64,000 bases of DNA. Origin: Blastocatellia bacterium (lineage in GTDB: Bacteria; Acidobacteriota; Blastocatellia; UBA7656; JADIYM01). Made by a program: the position numbers and the translations under genes. Location: contig JAJTWZ010000006.1 in NCBI GenBank assembly GCA_021463145.1, forward strand, positions 17,485 through 81,484, written 5' to 3'. Of this stretch, positions 29,323 through 40,514 are shown piece after piece. A model generated the notes under the pieces. That model was not told where the DNA came from and did no database searches. It saw nothing but the letters and a program-made list of their open reading frames with translations. The number at the start of each line of letters is the position of its first letter. The first letter of the stretch is position 1.

Positions 29323-31374
29323 GTGGCCGATTCGTCGCTCGACAGCTTGCTTGCCCGGGAGTGGCTGGAGACTAACGGACTGGGTTCGTACGCGTCCGGC
29401 ACGGTAGCCGGCGCTGCGACGCGGCGGTACCACGGACTGCTGGTCGCGGCGCTCGACCCGCCTTCGGGCCGACACGTTCTGCTTTCGCGAGTAGACGACG
29501 AGATAGTCGTTGGCGACAAGGTCTACCCCCTGGGGACGAATCTCTACCGCGACGCCGTGCACCCGGAGGGCTATCGGTTGCTGGACCACTTCGAAGCCCG
29601 TCCGGTGGCAACCTGGGTCTTTCGGGCGGGCGGAGTGGAAGTTGAACGACGCGTCTGGATGCCGCAAGGGCAGCAGACCACGGCTGTCACCTATCGTATT
29701 TTGGCTCCGAAGCACGCTGCCGGAGCGGATCGTGTGTCGCTCTCGATCCGGCCGATGGTGTCGTTTCGCGACTTTCATTCTCTCGCGTCCAGCGACGATC
29801 CTGTCGACGCCGGAACGGCCGTTGCGCTCGGTATCGTGGTCATAAAGCCGCGCCGCGAGCTCCCGGCGCTGGCGCTCCATCACAGTGCGTCACGCTTCGA
29901 GCCGTCTCCGCTCCGGTGTCTGGACGTCGAACTGCCCGAGGAGGACGCGCGCGGCTATCCTTCGCTCGAGGACCTGTATTCTCACGGCGTCATGACCTTC
30001 GACGTCGAACCGGGAGTGGAGTGCTTCCACTACCTGATTGCGTCGCTTGACCGGTTCGATGGTTTCAGCGAATCCGAGGCGCGCGTGCTCGAGCGCTCCG
30101 AGCTCAAACGCAGGGAGGACCGATCGTCAAGAGCCCGTGCTTCCTGGCGGAGCGGCGTACCGGCGAACCTGGGCGATACGCGCCTCGAACCGCTCGACCG
30201 TTGGAGCGAGACATTCGCGATCCGACTCGCCGAAGCATCGGAGCAGTTCCTCGTCTCACGCGAAGACGGATCACGAAGCGTGATTGCAGGATATCCCTGG
30301 TTCGGCGACTGGGGACGCGATGCGTGTGCCGCCCTGCCCGGGCTCGCGCTGGCCACCGGCCGATGGCCGTTGATGCACGAAGTGCTCAAGACCTTCGCGG
30401 CGTCGCTCGCGCACGGATTGATCCCGAATCGGTTTTCGGACGAGGGAGCGCTCCCGGAATACAACTCGGTCGATGCGTCGCTGTGGTTCGTCGATGCAAG
30501 CCGGGCCGCACTCGCGGCGTCCGGCGACCTGGACTTCGCCAGGTGGACTTTGTATCCGGCTATCGAGAGCATCCTGGACGCTTACTCGGCCGGGACGTGG
30601 TTCGGGATCGGCGTCGATCCAACGGACGGACTACTTCACGCTGGCGACGAGCGCGTTGCGCTGACGTGGATGGACTCCATCGTCGACGGAGTTGCCGTCA
30701 CGCCGAGGCGTGGAAAGCCGGTCGAGATCAACGCCCTCTGGTACAACGCACTGCAGTCGGGAGCCGACGTGGCCGAAGCGCTCGGGCTCGACGCCCACGC
30801 GCGCGTCTGGCGGCACGATGCAAAAACCGCGCGCGCTTCATTCAACGAGAGATTCTGGAACCCCGAGACGCAGTGGCTTTACGACGTAGTTGACGGTCCG
30901 GATGGCGACGACGCCGCCTGCCGGCCGAATCAGGTTTTTGCGATTTCTTTGCGCTACGACGTTCTCGATGTTGCAAGGCGAGGGAGCGTGATCGAAGCGG
31001 TTCGCTCGCGCCTGCTCACGCCGGTAGGTCTGCGCACGCTGGATCCCCGCGACTGCAGATACCGCGGACGCTGCACCGGCAATATCGCCGAGCGCGATGC
31101 CGCTTACCACAACGGAACCGTCTGGCCCTGGCTGCTCGGCAGCTTCTGTACGGCGTACCTGAAGACGCACGGCCGGTCGGCTGCAGCGCGAACTACGGTC
31201 CTCGAATGGATCGCGCCCTTGTCGCGCCATCTCGGCACTGAGGGCTGCCTCGGCTCTATCAGCGAGATCTTCGACGGTGACGAGCCTCACTTGCCTCGCG
31301 GTTGCATCGCACAGGCGTGGAGCGTCGCGGAACTGTCGCGTGTCCTGCTCGACGAGCTTCGAAGGCCGGACTGA
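29323..31374 (+). CDS. Amylo-alpha-1,6-glucosidase / glycogen debranching enzyme (GDE family, archaeal type)
   Basis: A GDE_N-like N-terminus (NGLGSYASGTVAGAATRRYHGLLVAA) and a GDE_C (alpha/alpha)6-barrel with GYPWFGDWGRD are present. The start codon is GTG. Confidence 0.85.
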   Translation: MADSSLDSLLAREWLETNGLGSYASGTVAGAATRRYHGLLVAALDPPSGRHVLLSRVDDEIVVGDKVYPLGTNLYRDAVHPEGYRLLDHFEARPVATWVFRAGGVEVERRVWMPQGQQTTAVTYRILAPKHAAGADRVSLSIRPMVSFRDFHSLASSDDPVDAGTAVALGIVVIKPRRELPALALHHSASRFEPSPLRCLDVELPEEDARGYPSLEDLYSHGVMTFDVEPGVECFHYLIASLDRFDGFSESEARVLERSELKRREDRSSRARASWRSGVPANLGDTRLEPLDRWSETFAIRLAEASEQFLVSREDGSRSVIAGYPWFGDWGRDACAALPGLALATGRWPLMHEVLKTFAASLAHGLIPNRFSDEGALPEYNSVDASLWFVDASRAALAASGDLDFARWTLYPAIESILDAYSAGTWFGIGVDPTDGLLHAGDERVALTWMDSIVDGVAVTPRRGKPVEINALWYNALQSGADVAEALGLDAHARVWRHDAKTARASFNERFWNPETQWLYDVVDGPDGDDAACRPNQVFAISLRYDVLDVARRGSVIEAVRSRLLTPVGLRTLDPRDCRYRGRCTGNIAERDAAYHNGTVWPWLLGSFCTAYLKTHGRSAAARTTVLEWIAPLSRHLGTEGCLGSISEIFDGDEPHLPRGCIAQAWSVAELSRVLLDELRRPD

Positions 31375-31381
31375 AGCGTAG

Positions 31382-32119
31382 TTACTGACCGAAGCGGAAC
31401 CCCGCCTGTTTAACCGTCCGGCGATAGTCGTCGCCCGTCAGCACGATCATCTTGCACATCTCGTGCAGCCTCGATCGAAGTCTTGCTCCGACTCGCTCCG
31501 TGAGTGTCTCGTCGTTCGGCAGGATCTTCGTATCGAGATAGTTCGAAGTGAAGATCGTAACCTTCCGGTCGTTGTAACGCTTGTTGATGATATGGGTCAT
31601 CGTGTCCTTGACCCACTCGGTCGGTTTCGAGGCGCCGAGCTCGTCCAGCACCAGAACCTCCGCTTCGTAGACCGGCGCGAGAATGTCCATCTCCGACGTC
31701 TGCGTCTGCGTATTCCAGCTCTCCTGGATCTCTTTCAGCAGATCGCGGAAATCATAGAACAAACAGGGGATGTTCTTTTCGAGCAGCGCGTGCAGAATGG
31801 CCACCGACAGGTGCGTCTTGCCGATGCCGCACGTTCCCATGAACAGCAGGCCGATATCCAGGTTCGGGACTTCGTTCGCGACGCGACGTGCGAACATCGT
31901 AGCGGCTTCCTGGGACGGGTTGAGAGGATAGTAGGTGTCGAAGTTGCAGTCCTCGTATCGTCGCGGAATACGAGCCGAGGCCACGAGAGACGTCGCCCGC
32001 CCGCTCGATCGGCAAGGACAACGGCGGACCTTGGAATCTTCAACCCGTTCCCAGCCCGAACCGTCGCAGCGCGGACAGGACTCGGCAACGCGCAGACCGA
32101 TTTTTTTCTCTGGGACCAT
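31382..32119 (-). CDS. DnaC/IstB-family AAA+ ATP-binding protein with an N-terminal CxxC…CxC zinc ribbon (helicase-loader-like)
   Basis: Walker [11 protein letters not shown] and Walker B VLVLDELG are present. The N-terminus carries [22 protein letters not shown]. The start is uncertain: 32119 is chosen, and in-frame ATGs exist up to 32290. Confidence 0.7.
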   Translation of the reverse strand: MVPEKKIGLRVAESCPRCDGSGWERVEDSKVRRCPCRSSGRATSLVASARIPRRYEDCNFDTYYPLNPSQEAATMFARRVANEVPNLDIGLLFMGTCGIGKTHLSVAILHALLEKNIPCLFYDFRDLLKEIQESWNTQTQTSEMDILAPVYEAEVLVLDELGASKPTEWVKDTMTHIINKRYNDRKVTIFTSNYLDTKILPNDETLTERVGARLRSRLHEMCKMIVLTGDDYRRTVKQAGFRFGQ

Positions 32120-32368
32120 GATGTTTCGAACCCGACCGGAAGATTTGCACGGCGAAGGAACCCGTGCGGAGTCATGGGGCTGACATGCGGCCTGCTCGCC
32201 GTATTCGGCTCGCATTCCGGTCATGTCGTACGCAACCTCGCCCTTCCGCAACCCGCCACCCTTATAGCAGACGGTCATGAGGCAGTGCAAGCATCTCGTT
32301 CATGACGGCGCAAATCATTTGTTTTCAATGATCATGAGGCTTGACACACCTCCGGAGCGGCCCGTCAA

Positions 32369-33100
32369 ATGCGGCCCATGCTCGAGCGACTCCGAGCCTA
32401 CGTGCTATTCGCGGTCTGGGGCGGCACGCTCGCCGTCCTCGGACCTGTCTGCATCACCCTGACAGCGATCACGGGTAAGCCCGAGTTTGTCTCGATTCCG
32501 ACTGCCGTCACCATCCGCATTGGACTTCTGCTTGCAGGCGTTCGCTACTCGGTAGCCGGACGTGAACGGGTCGACCCGGCCGGCACATACGTCTACGTTT
32601 CAAATCATCAGAGCACGCTCGACCCTCCGATGATATGGATGTCTCTCGGAACCGTGCGCCGCCGCGTCGGCTACCTGTTCAAGACTCAGGTCGAGAAGGT
32701 GCCGCTGCTCGGAGCCGGCGCGAAGTCAATAGGAATGATTCCCGTGGACCGGTCGAACCGCGACCTGGCGGTCGAAAGCGTGCGTCGAGCCACCCAGAGT
32801 CTGAAGAACGGTCAGTCTTTCGGCGTATTTGCCGAAGGAACACGGACGCGGACCGGTGAGCTGCTGCCATTCAAGAAGGGCGCGTTCCATATGGCGATCG
32901 CCGCCGGCGTGCCGATCGTGCCGGTATCCATCGACGGCGCGTTCGAAGCGATGCCGCCAGGCGCGGCCCGGCTTCGCAGTGTGCCAATCCGCATAGAGAT
33001 CCACGATCCGATCCCGACGGCGGGAATGACAGAGGAGGATGTCGACACATTGCTTGATCGAACGCGCCGGGTCATATCCGATGCTCTCGAGCAGGCTTGA
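32369..33100 (+). CDS. plsC: 1-acyl-sn-glycerol-3-phosphate acyltransferase
   Basis: The HX4D motif (SNHQSTLD), FAEGTR and the PIVPV block are present, with an N-terminal TM helix. Confidence 0.85.
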   Translation: MRPMLERLRAYVLFAVWGGTLAVLGPVCITLTAITGKPEFVSIPTAVTIRIGLLLAGVRYSVAGRERVDPAGTYVYVSNHQSTLDPPMIWMSLGTVRRRVGYLFKTQVEKVPLLGAGAKSIGMIPVDRSNRDLAVESVRRATQSLKNGQSFGVFAEGTRTRTGELLPFKKGAFHMAIAAGVPIVPVSIDGAFEAMPPGAARLRSVPIRIEIHDPIPTAGMTEEDVDTLLDRTRRVISDALEQA

Positions 33101-33200
33101 TTGTTTCGGGGCATCCGGCAACCTGAACACTGCGAACTGCATCACTACGGCGCCGCAGCGGGCAATCCGTCCGCCCCGTCCACGTGTCGGGACCCCTGAA

Positions 33201-33229
33201 TTGACAGCTTTTGAACCCCGGCCTATAGT
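33201..33229 (+). promoter_or_regulatory. Sigma70-like promoter (TTGACA, 17-nt spacer, TATAGT) upstream of the CsgG-like operon
   Basis: A -35 TTGACA at 33201-33206 and a -10 TATAGT at 33224-33229 are about 150 nt upstream of the start. Confidence 0.55.
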
Positions 33230-33377
33230 GCCAGAAGCAGCTATGGTCGGCCTGCTCGCCGTCCAGATCCAAGTAACGACAGTATTCCGATGTTCCCGCC
33301 AAGTGCACTGGTAGCCCGTGCGTTCGATACGGACGCCAGTCGGCGCTTGCGCGTCGAAAAGGAGCCTTCGACTTCCC

Positions 33378-34400
33378 ATGAACAGCCGTAAGTTTGTTGT
33401 TTCCATTCTAGCGGTCTTCGTCTTTGCGTCGACTGCATTGGCCGCGACTCCGCAGCGCAAGACTGGCGGTGGCGTCGACGAAAAGGCCACCCCAGCGTCC
33501 GAGATGAAGGCCGGTGGAAAGCCGCGACTCTTCGTCGCGACGTCGGCCGAGACGAACGAGACGTGGGCGAATCCCGTCACGCGACAGGCGCTCGAGAACG
33601 CGCTCGTAAACAGTGGCCGCTTCGAGGTGATCGCCGGTGCGCAGCGCGACAACCTTCTGAAGGAACAGGGATTTGCGAACTCCGACGTCGTCAGTCCTAC
33701 CGACAGCGTGAAGGTTGGCCAGATGCTTGCGGCCAAGTACGTCGTGTCGGGAACGTGCCAGAGCGTCACCGTTGATTCGACTCGCACTGGAGGCGTCGGT
33801 GGGGCTATCGGTGGCAGATTCGGGATGGGTGGCGACCGGGAGTTGAGCTCTAAGGTCGTCGCCAAGGTCCAGATTCAGCTGCTCGACCTCGAGAAGGGAA
33901 CCGTCGTGCTTTCACGCGAATACGAGGAGACTGGCGGCGGGAGTTCGATGGGGACGAAGTCGTCCACCAACAAGGAAGAAGCCGCCTATCGCGACATCAT
34001 TACCCGCGTTGCCGAACGCTTCGTCGCCGAGCTCGGTGACTCGGTTCCGATCGAGGCCCTGATTGCGCTCGTCGAGGGGAATCGCGTCGCACTGACAGCC
34101 GGACAGGCGGCCGGTGTGAAGCCGGGTATGCGTTTCGAGATTTACGGCGAGGGCGAAGCGATCAAGCATCCGGTTACCGGCAAGGTCATCTCGCGCAAGA
34201 CTTACAAGTACGCCGTGGTCATCGTCGAATCGGTCGAGGAAGAGCTGGCCTGGGCGACGATCAAGCGGACGTTCGACGATGCCGGAACGGAAGATGCGGT
34301 TCCGAATCCGGGACGGCTGTCGGCCGAAATGTCGGCGCGTTCTACCGGGATGGTGACCGTTGGATCCGGAGAAGGCGGCAAGCGAAAGAAGGACAAGTAG
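33378..34400 (+). CDS. CsgG-family (curli-secretion-channel-like) exported protein with an extra C-terminal domain of about 110 aa (possibly DUF4384-like)
   Basis: A signal peptide follows RBS aaaagga. The core aligns with E. coli CsgG blocks (GK.RLFVA…ETG… ; LENAL.NSGRFEV…R..LLKEQ ; VGQML.AKYVVSG ; GGVGGA.GG ; VAKVQIQLLDLEKGTVV). Confidence 0.75.
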   Translation: MNSRKFVVSILAVFVFASTALAATPQRKTGGGVDEKATPASEMKAGGKPRLFVATSAETNETWANPVTRQALENALVNSGRFEVIAGAQRDNLLKEQGFANSDVVSPTDSVKVGQMLAAKYVVSGTCQSVTVDSTRTGGVGGAIGGRFGMGGDRELSSKVVAKVQIQLLDLEKGTVVLSREYEETGGGSSMGTKSSTNKEEAAYRDIITRVAERFVAELGDSVPIEALIALVEGNRVALTAGQAAGVKPGMRFEIYGEGEAIKHPVTGKVISRKTYKYAVVIVESVEEELAWATIKRTFDDAGTEDAVPNPGRLSAEMSARSTGMVTVGSGEGGKRKKDK

Positions 34401-34490
34401 CAAGACGATTTGCTACCGCCAGGTTAGGTAGGGTTGCCGGAGTGCGTGGCCGGCAAGCCGCGCACTTCGGCCGATCCGTCGGCCGGTCCG

Positions 34491-35858
34491 ATGCACTCCA
34501 AGGAGTTTCCCGTGAAGACATCCACTATTCGCGCTTTGCTGGCCGTCGCGATACTCGCTTGTGTAGCCATGACTTGCGAGGCCGAGGTCAAGAGAAAACG
34601 CTACACGTTCGAGTTGAATCCGAGACTGCGCGGTTCGTCACTTCAGAAGGCCCGTAATCAGGCAAAGCTGGCGTTCCTGCGCGACTATCTCGGCTCCAAG
34701 TTTTCGCCCGAGATCGTCAACCGCTATGCGGAAGACATCGACATCGCGCTGACCCCGCCCGACAGGTTTCTGACCAAGTTTGACATCATCGCCGAGGACG
34801 AGGACTCGCGTCCGGGCGAGGTCGTCCTGACCGTCGAAGGTACGGTCGATCTCGCTGCCATGGTCAATGCACTCGTAATGGGCGACGTGCTGTCGTTCGG
34901 GGACGACGCACCGAAGATCATGCTCATGCCGAGTCCGCGGTTCACTTCCGACACCCCGATCGAGCCGGTCCGCGCCCTGATTTACAACGACGTCAAGCAG
35001 GCCGGCCTGCGGCCCGTCGACTACACTCAGATCAAGGAAAATGTCTCGGTCCAGATTCGGAAGGGCGGGCAGCTCGCTCCCGACGCGATCAAGATTCTGG
35101 CGCGGCAGGCACAGGTTTACAACGCCGACTTCCTGATCTACGTCGACATCGATCCGCAGGTGAAGCCGTTCAGTCAGGGCGGCTACATTGCGGATCCCGA
35201 CCTGCTGTATACGATCGTTCGGCCGAACGCGAACGAGATCCTCGGCGAGGGTGTCATCACCGCTCGCGGCAGCGGCTCGTCGCCCAAGCTTGCCTACAAC
35301 GCTGCAATTGACGACATCGCCCCGGTACTGTCATCTGACATGGTCGGTCATCTGTACGAATCGATCTATTCTCAGAGCGACGTAATCACCGATACGGTTC
35401 AACTGAAGAACCAGATCGAACTGACGATCGACGAAGCCAAACCCGAGCAGATCCAGGCGATTCTCGGCAAGCTGCGTGGGATGGGAGCGAACGTCGATAT
35501 TGCGGCCGGAAGCGGAAGCGGAATGGTGAGCCGCTTCAACCTCGAGATCGCCATGGACGACACGGCGCTCTACGAGATGTTCAACGGCCTTCGTCTCTCC
35601 GCCGGTGGCCGTGAGTTCAAGACGCCCGTCGTCTTTTTCGCCGAGAACCGGGTCGAGATCGAGGCAGTGCCGCTTGCGGGAACGTCGCGCAAGGCGGCGG
35701 CGCCACGGCCGAAGCCTCGTCCCAATGGCGGGCTTGCCAGAAGCGGTGGCAACTACGGCGGTGGGCGCGGTTCGGGTGGCGGGACCGGTGGTACACAACT
35801 GGCGGCGAAGGCGAAGATCACCCTCCAGCTGAAAAAGGCCAAGTTCAGTCCTAACTGA
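34491..35858 (+). CDS. Hypothetical exported protein (455 aa) with a Gly-rich basic C-terminal tail, co-transcribed with the CsgG-like gene
   Basis: A signal peptide MHSKEFPVKTSTIRALLAVAILACVAMTCEA is present. No confident family assignment is possible from sequence. The protein ends in GGNYGGGRGSGGGTGG… and KAKITLQLKKAKFSPN. Confidence 0.6.
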   Translation: MHSKEFPVKTSTIRALLAVAILACVAMTCEAEVKRKRYTFELNPRLRGSSLQKARNQAKLAFLRDYLGSKFSPEIVNRYAEDIDIALTPPDRFLTKFDIIAEDEDSRPGEVVLTVEGTVDLAAMVNALVMGDVLSFGDDAPKIMLMPSPRFTSDTPIEPVRALIYNDVKQAGLRPVDYTQIKENVSVQIRKGGQLAPDAIKILARQAQVYNADFLIYVDIDPQVKPFSQGGYIADPDLLYTIVRPNANEILGEGVITARGSGSSPKLAYNAAIDDIAPVLSSDMVGHLYESIYSQSDVITDTVQLKNQIELTIDEAKPEQIQAILGKLRGMGANVDIAAGSGSGMVSRFNLEIAMDDTALYEMFNGLRLSAGGREFKTPVVFFAENRVEIEAVPLAGTSRKAAAPRPKPRPNGGLARSGGNYGGGRGSGGGTGGTQLAAKAKITLQLKKAKFSPN

Positions 35859-35901
35859 GGCCACTCCAGTCAGCAGGTATGACGACGATCCGAAGCTAAC
35901 G

Positions 35902-35943
35902 AAGAGGCGCGAAGGGCACGGCCCATCGCGCCTCTTGTTCGTT
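35902..35943 (+). terminator. Rho-independent terminator (10-bp perfect stem aagaggcgcg/cgcgcctctt followed by gttcgtt)
   Basis: A perfect inverted repeat has a 15-nt loop and a T-rich downstream tract. Confidence 0.6.
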
Positions 35944-36016
35944 GAGCCAACGTGGCGTTCTGGCCTACACTCACTGATCTCGCGATCGATTTCCCAACGG
36001 AGTTGACGACAAATAG

Positions 36017-38002
<1,986 letters not shown>

Positions 38003-38214
38003 CCTTCTGGTGGAATCGTGGAGATGTCGGCCATATCGCGTGGACCCCAGGTCGCCGGCAGGCGCTACTTCTTGAAATACCGGATGGTATTTCCGTCCGG
38101 AAGCACAAGATGACACGGCCATCTTGAAGCACCGGATCGCCCTGCCGCTTTGCAGCACCGGATCTCCCTGCCATTCTTCAAGTTCCAAAGAGGCGAAAGT
38201 ACCGGAGCCAGCCG

Positions 38215-38600
38215 TGGGGCGTGCGCGGACGAGTCCGCGACCGCGGAGCGGTCGATAAAATAGCCGTGGGTCGCGCGCGGCGAGTGCAACGAGCCGCAGC
38301 GCGACCCGCGGAACCGCAGTCCCAACCGCGCCGACCGCGGAGCGGTCGCACTTTCACCATCGTGACGAACACGCTGGAACTCGCATCCTTCGAGAATCAA
38401 TGCGACCGCTCCGCGGTCGGAATCCTCCTTGGTGTGCGAACCGGGGGTGACGGCGGATCGCTTCGCTCACCGCCGTGACCCCCGGCTATCGTCTGTGACC
38501 GCTACGCGGTCCAGGCGTCGCCGGGATCCTCCGCGACCGCGGAGCGGTCGATAAACCAGCCGTGGGTCGCGTGCGGCGAGTGCAGCGAGCCGCAGCGCGT
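38215..38600. repeat. Composite tandem copy (copy B) of the palindromic structured repeat family. It has a full core, the reverse-complement terminal motif, a second hairpin module and a truncated core.
   Basis: 38237-38346 is about 85% identical to 1126-1247. 38433-38512 is shared with 1055-1120 and 50876-50955. It contains five GACCGC-N3-GCGGTC palindromes. Confidence 0.85.
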
Positions 38601-38626
38601 CTGGCGAGACGGCCTTTCATCTTTCG

Positions 38627-39463
38627 TCACGGTTCGACTGCAGGAGGCGCCTGGACCGGTGGAGGCTTGTCATCGGCACCGGACTCGGGCGGAGAACCTC
38701 CATCGTCGGGCAGAACCGTGATGTTGCCGGTGAACTGCTTGTAGTCCATGTACTTGACCACCAATCGCACGGGTATGTCCGACTCTTCGAACGCGAGCAC
38801 GTCGTCGGCATAGGTGTACGTGGGAAACCAGTACTTGCCGTCGATGTTCTCGCGGTAGGTCTCGAAGCGCGGATAGCGGTTGTTGTCGATCTCCGGTCCC
38901 GCCTTTCCCGCGGCCTTTACGATCATGAAGTCCTGATCCTCGACCCACACCCGCCCCACGAAATAACGCTCCCTTCTCTTGGCCAGTCCGTTAGGATCCT
39001 TCGGCGCAACGCTGAAAACGTAGGTATCGATGTCGTCGATCTTCTCGCGGCCGACCATCTGGACGTTGTATTTCGGTAGTTCCTCAGCAGTCAGGGCAAA
39101 CGGCTGGATGATGCCCAGATCCTCGAGGTCGGTCTGGGTGAAGACGAGTCCCCTCAAAGTCGAAGGAGGGAAATAGGTGATCCGTTCGGTACGCTGGCCG
39201 GTGTCGGTGAAGATGATCTCCGACACCCGGTGGAACACCCCGGTCACGCTCGGGCCGGCCATCGTCTGCAGGAGCACGTCCTGCCTGAACGTATAATTCG
39301 TTCGCGCGTCGCGCAACCGCGACTCCGCCTGCGTGAATCGCCGGATGACGTCGGCCTCGTTGGGCGTGATCCCGCCTCGTTGCTGCGCCGAACTGACCGC
39401 GCCGGCAATGGCGACGCACGAAACCACGACGAAAACTCTTCGAATGCGATGAGACAAACACAT
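38627..39463 (-). CDS. Exported LolA-like (outer-membrane lipoprotein-sorting family) protein with a Pro-rich C-terminal tail (tentative)
   Basis: A signal peptide MCLSHRIRRVFVVVSCVAIAGAVSSAQ is present. The C-terminal region YFVGRVWVEDQDFMIVKAAGK… resembles LolA-like fold proteins. The assignment is weak. Confidence 0.5.
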   Translation of the reverse strand: MCLSHRIRRVFVVVSCVAIAGAVSSAQQRGGITPNEADVIRRFTQAESRLRDARTNYTFRQDVLLQTMAGPSVTGVFHRVSEIIFTDTGQRTERITYFPPSTLRGLVFTQTDLEDLGIIQPFALTAEELPKYNVQMVGREKIDDIDTYVFSVAPKDPNGLAKRRERYFVGRVWVEDQDFMIVKAAGKAGPEIDNNRYPRFETYRENIDGKYWFPTYTYADDVLAFEESDIPVRLVVKYMDYKQFTGNITVLPDDGGSPPESGADDKPPPVQAPPAVEP

Positions 39464-39534
39464 CTGACCGATCCCCCCATTCCTGGCACGAAACGTCCGG
39501 ACGCCGATGACCTTGCGCGATGCCCGCGTTGCAA

Positions 39535-40383
39535 TCACACGCTCTTCGACGGATACGGCGACAATAGATAGCTGCAAACGGCAATCTTCTGACCCGGTTC
39601 GACGGCCGCCGACTCGCCCGTGTAGACCTCGACGTCATCGACGAAAATTGAATTCCGGCCTTCGCACGTGACAACGAAAGCATCTCCCTGCCGTTCAAGT
39701 GACGCGTGATGGCGGCTGACTTCCAGATCGCCTTCCAGCCGGAGGTCCACGGCCGTCTGCTTGGAACCACGTCCGATCGTTATGCGGCCTTTGAAGAACT
39801 CGCGCTCGTCTCTCGGATGAGGTGACGTCGTTGCTTCCCGCGTCACCGATACCGTGAAAAGCGGCGTCCTGGAAATCGGGGAGCAACGCGGCCTGACGAT
39901 CGTAGCGTCCTCCTCGGCGGCCGGTTCCGGACCTCGCGCAGCCTTCGAAGGCCGTGCCTTCACCGTGGTCCGGTCCGAGGACTTGTCCCAGACGGGCTGT
40001 ACTCTGAAAGCGTTACGCTCGAGCGTGCCGTCGGTGCGCAACTCGATGACGAAGGAGGAAGTCTGAAACTCAGTGGTGCCGGACAGCTGGGCCGCACGGT
40101 GACTGAGGACGTAGTGAAGTCCGCGCTCCAGTCCCTCGCGCTTCTCGCCCTGCCAGTCCGTGTCGTCGTCAGGACTCAGGAAGACAATGTACTCGCGAGG
40201 AATGTAGGTTGGCCCGCCCGGGGGCGTAAACATCTCGCGCTGCATCACGCCCTCGACCTCACGCGCGATCTGCACCATGAAGTCTTCCCACTTGCTTCGG
40301 GGGCGCGGTTCGTCGTTTGCCTGAGTCGCCTCTTCGCCGTCCAGCCATCGCCGAAATCCCTCGACGAGATCCTGAAGTCCCAT
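39535..40383 (-). CDS. FhaA-like protein (DUF3662 N-domain plus C-terminal FHA phosphothreonine-binding domain)
   Basis: The N-terminus MGLQDLVEGFRRWLDG is DUF3662-like. The C-terminal FHA block is ITIGRGSKQTAVDLRLEGDLEVSRHHASLERQGDAFVVTCEGRNSIFVD. RBS ggagga is present. Confidence 0.8.
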   Translation of the reverse strand: MGLQDLVEGFRRWLDGEEATQANDEPRPRSKWEDFMVQIAREVEGVMQREMFTPPGGPTYIPREYIVFLSPDDDTDWQGEKREGLERGLHYVLSHRAAQLSGTTEFQTSSFVIELRTDGTLERNAFRVQPVWDKSSDRTTVKARPSKAARGPEPAAEEDATIVRPRCSPISRTPLFTVSVTREATTSPHPRDEREFFKGRITIGRGSKQTAVDLRLEGDLEVSRHHASLERQGDAFVVTCEGRNSIFVDDVEVYTGESAAVEPGQKIAVCSYLLSPYPSKSV

Positions 40384-40514
40384 GCCGCTCCTCCGTGACG
40401 ACTGCAACCGATCGGGAGTATAACAGAGGGAGACGGGCTCGCCCGTTCGGCGCGGCGCAGCGCCTGTGAAACATAAAGGTAACATCCACGCGATATACAG
40501 CGGCCCCTAAGGTT

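Noticed and set aside
31382-32119. IS21 IstB helper ATPase
   Set aside because: There is no IstA transposase gene or IS terminal repeats on either side. The protein has an extra zinc-ribbon N-terminus more like a helicase loader.
38215-38600. Possible CRISPR array
   Set aside because: The repeats are imperfect, occur in both orientations, are not regularly spaced by unique spacers, and no cas genes are nearby.
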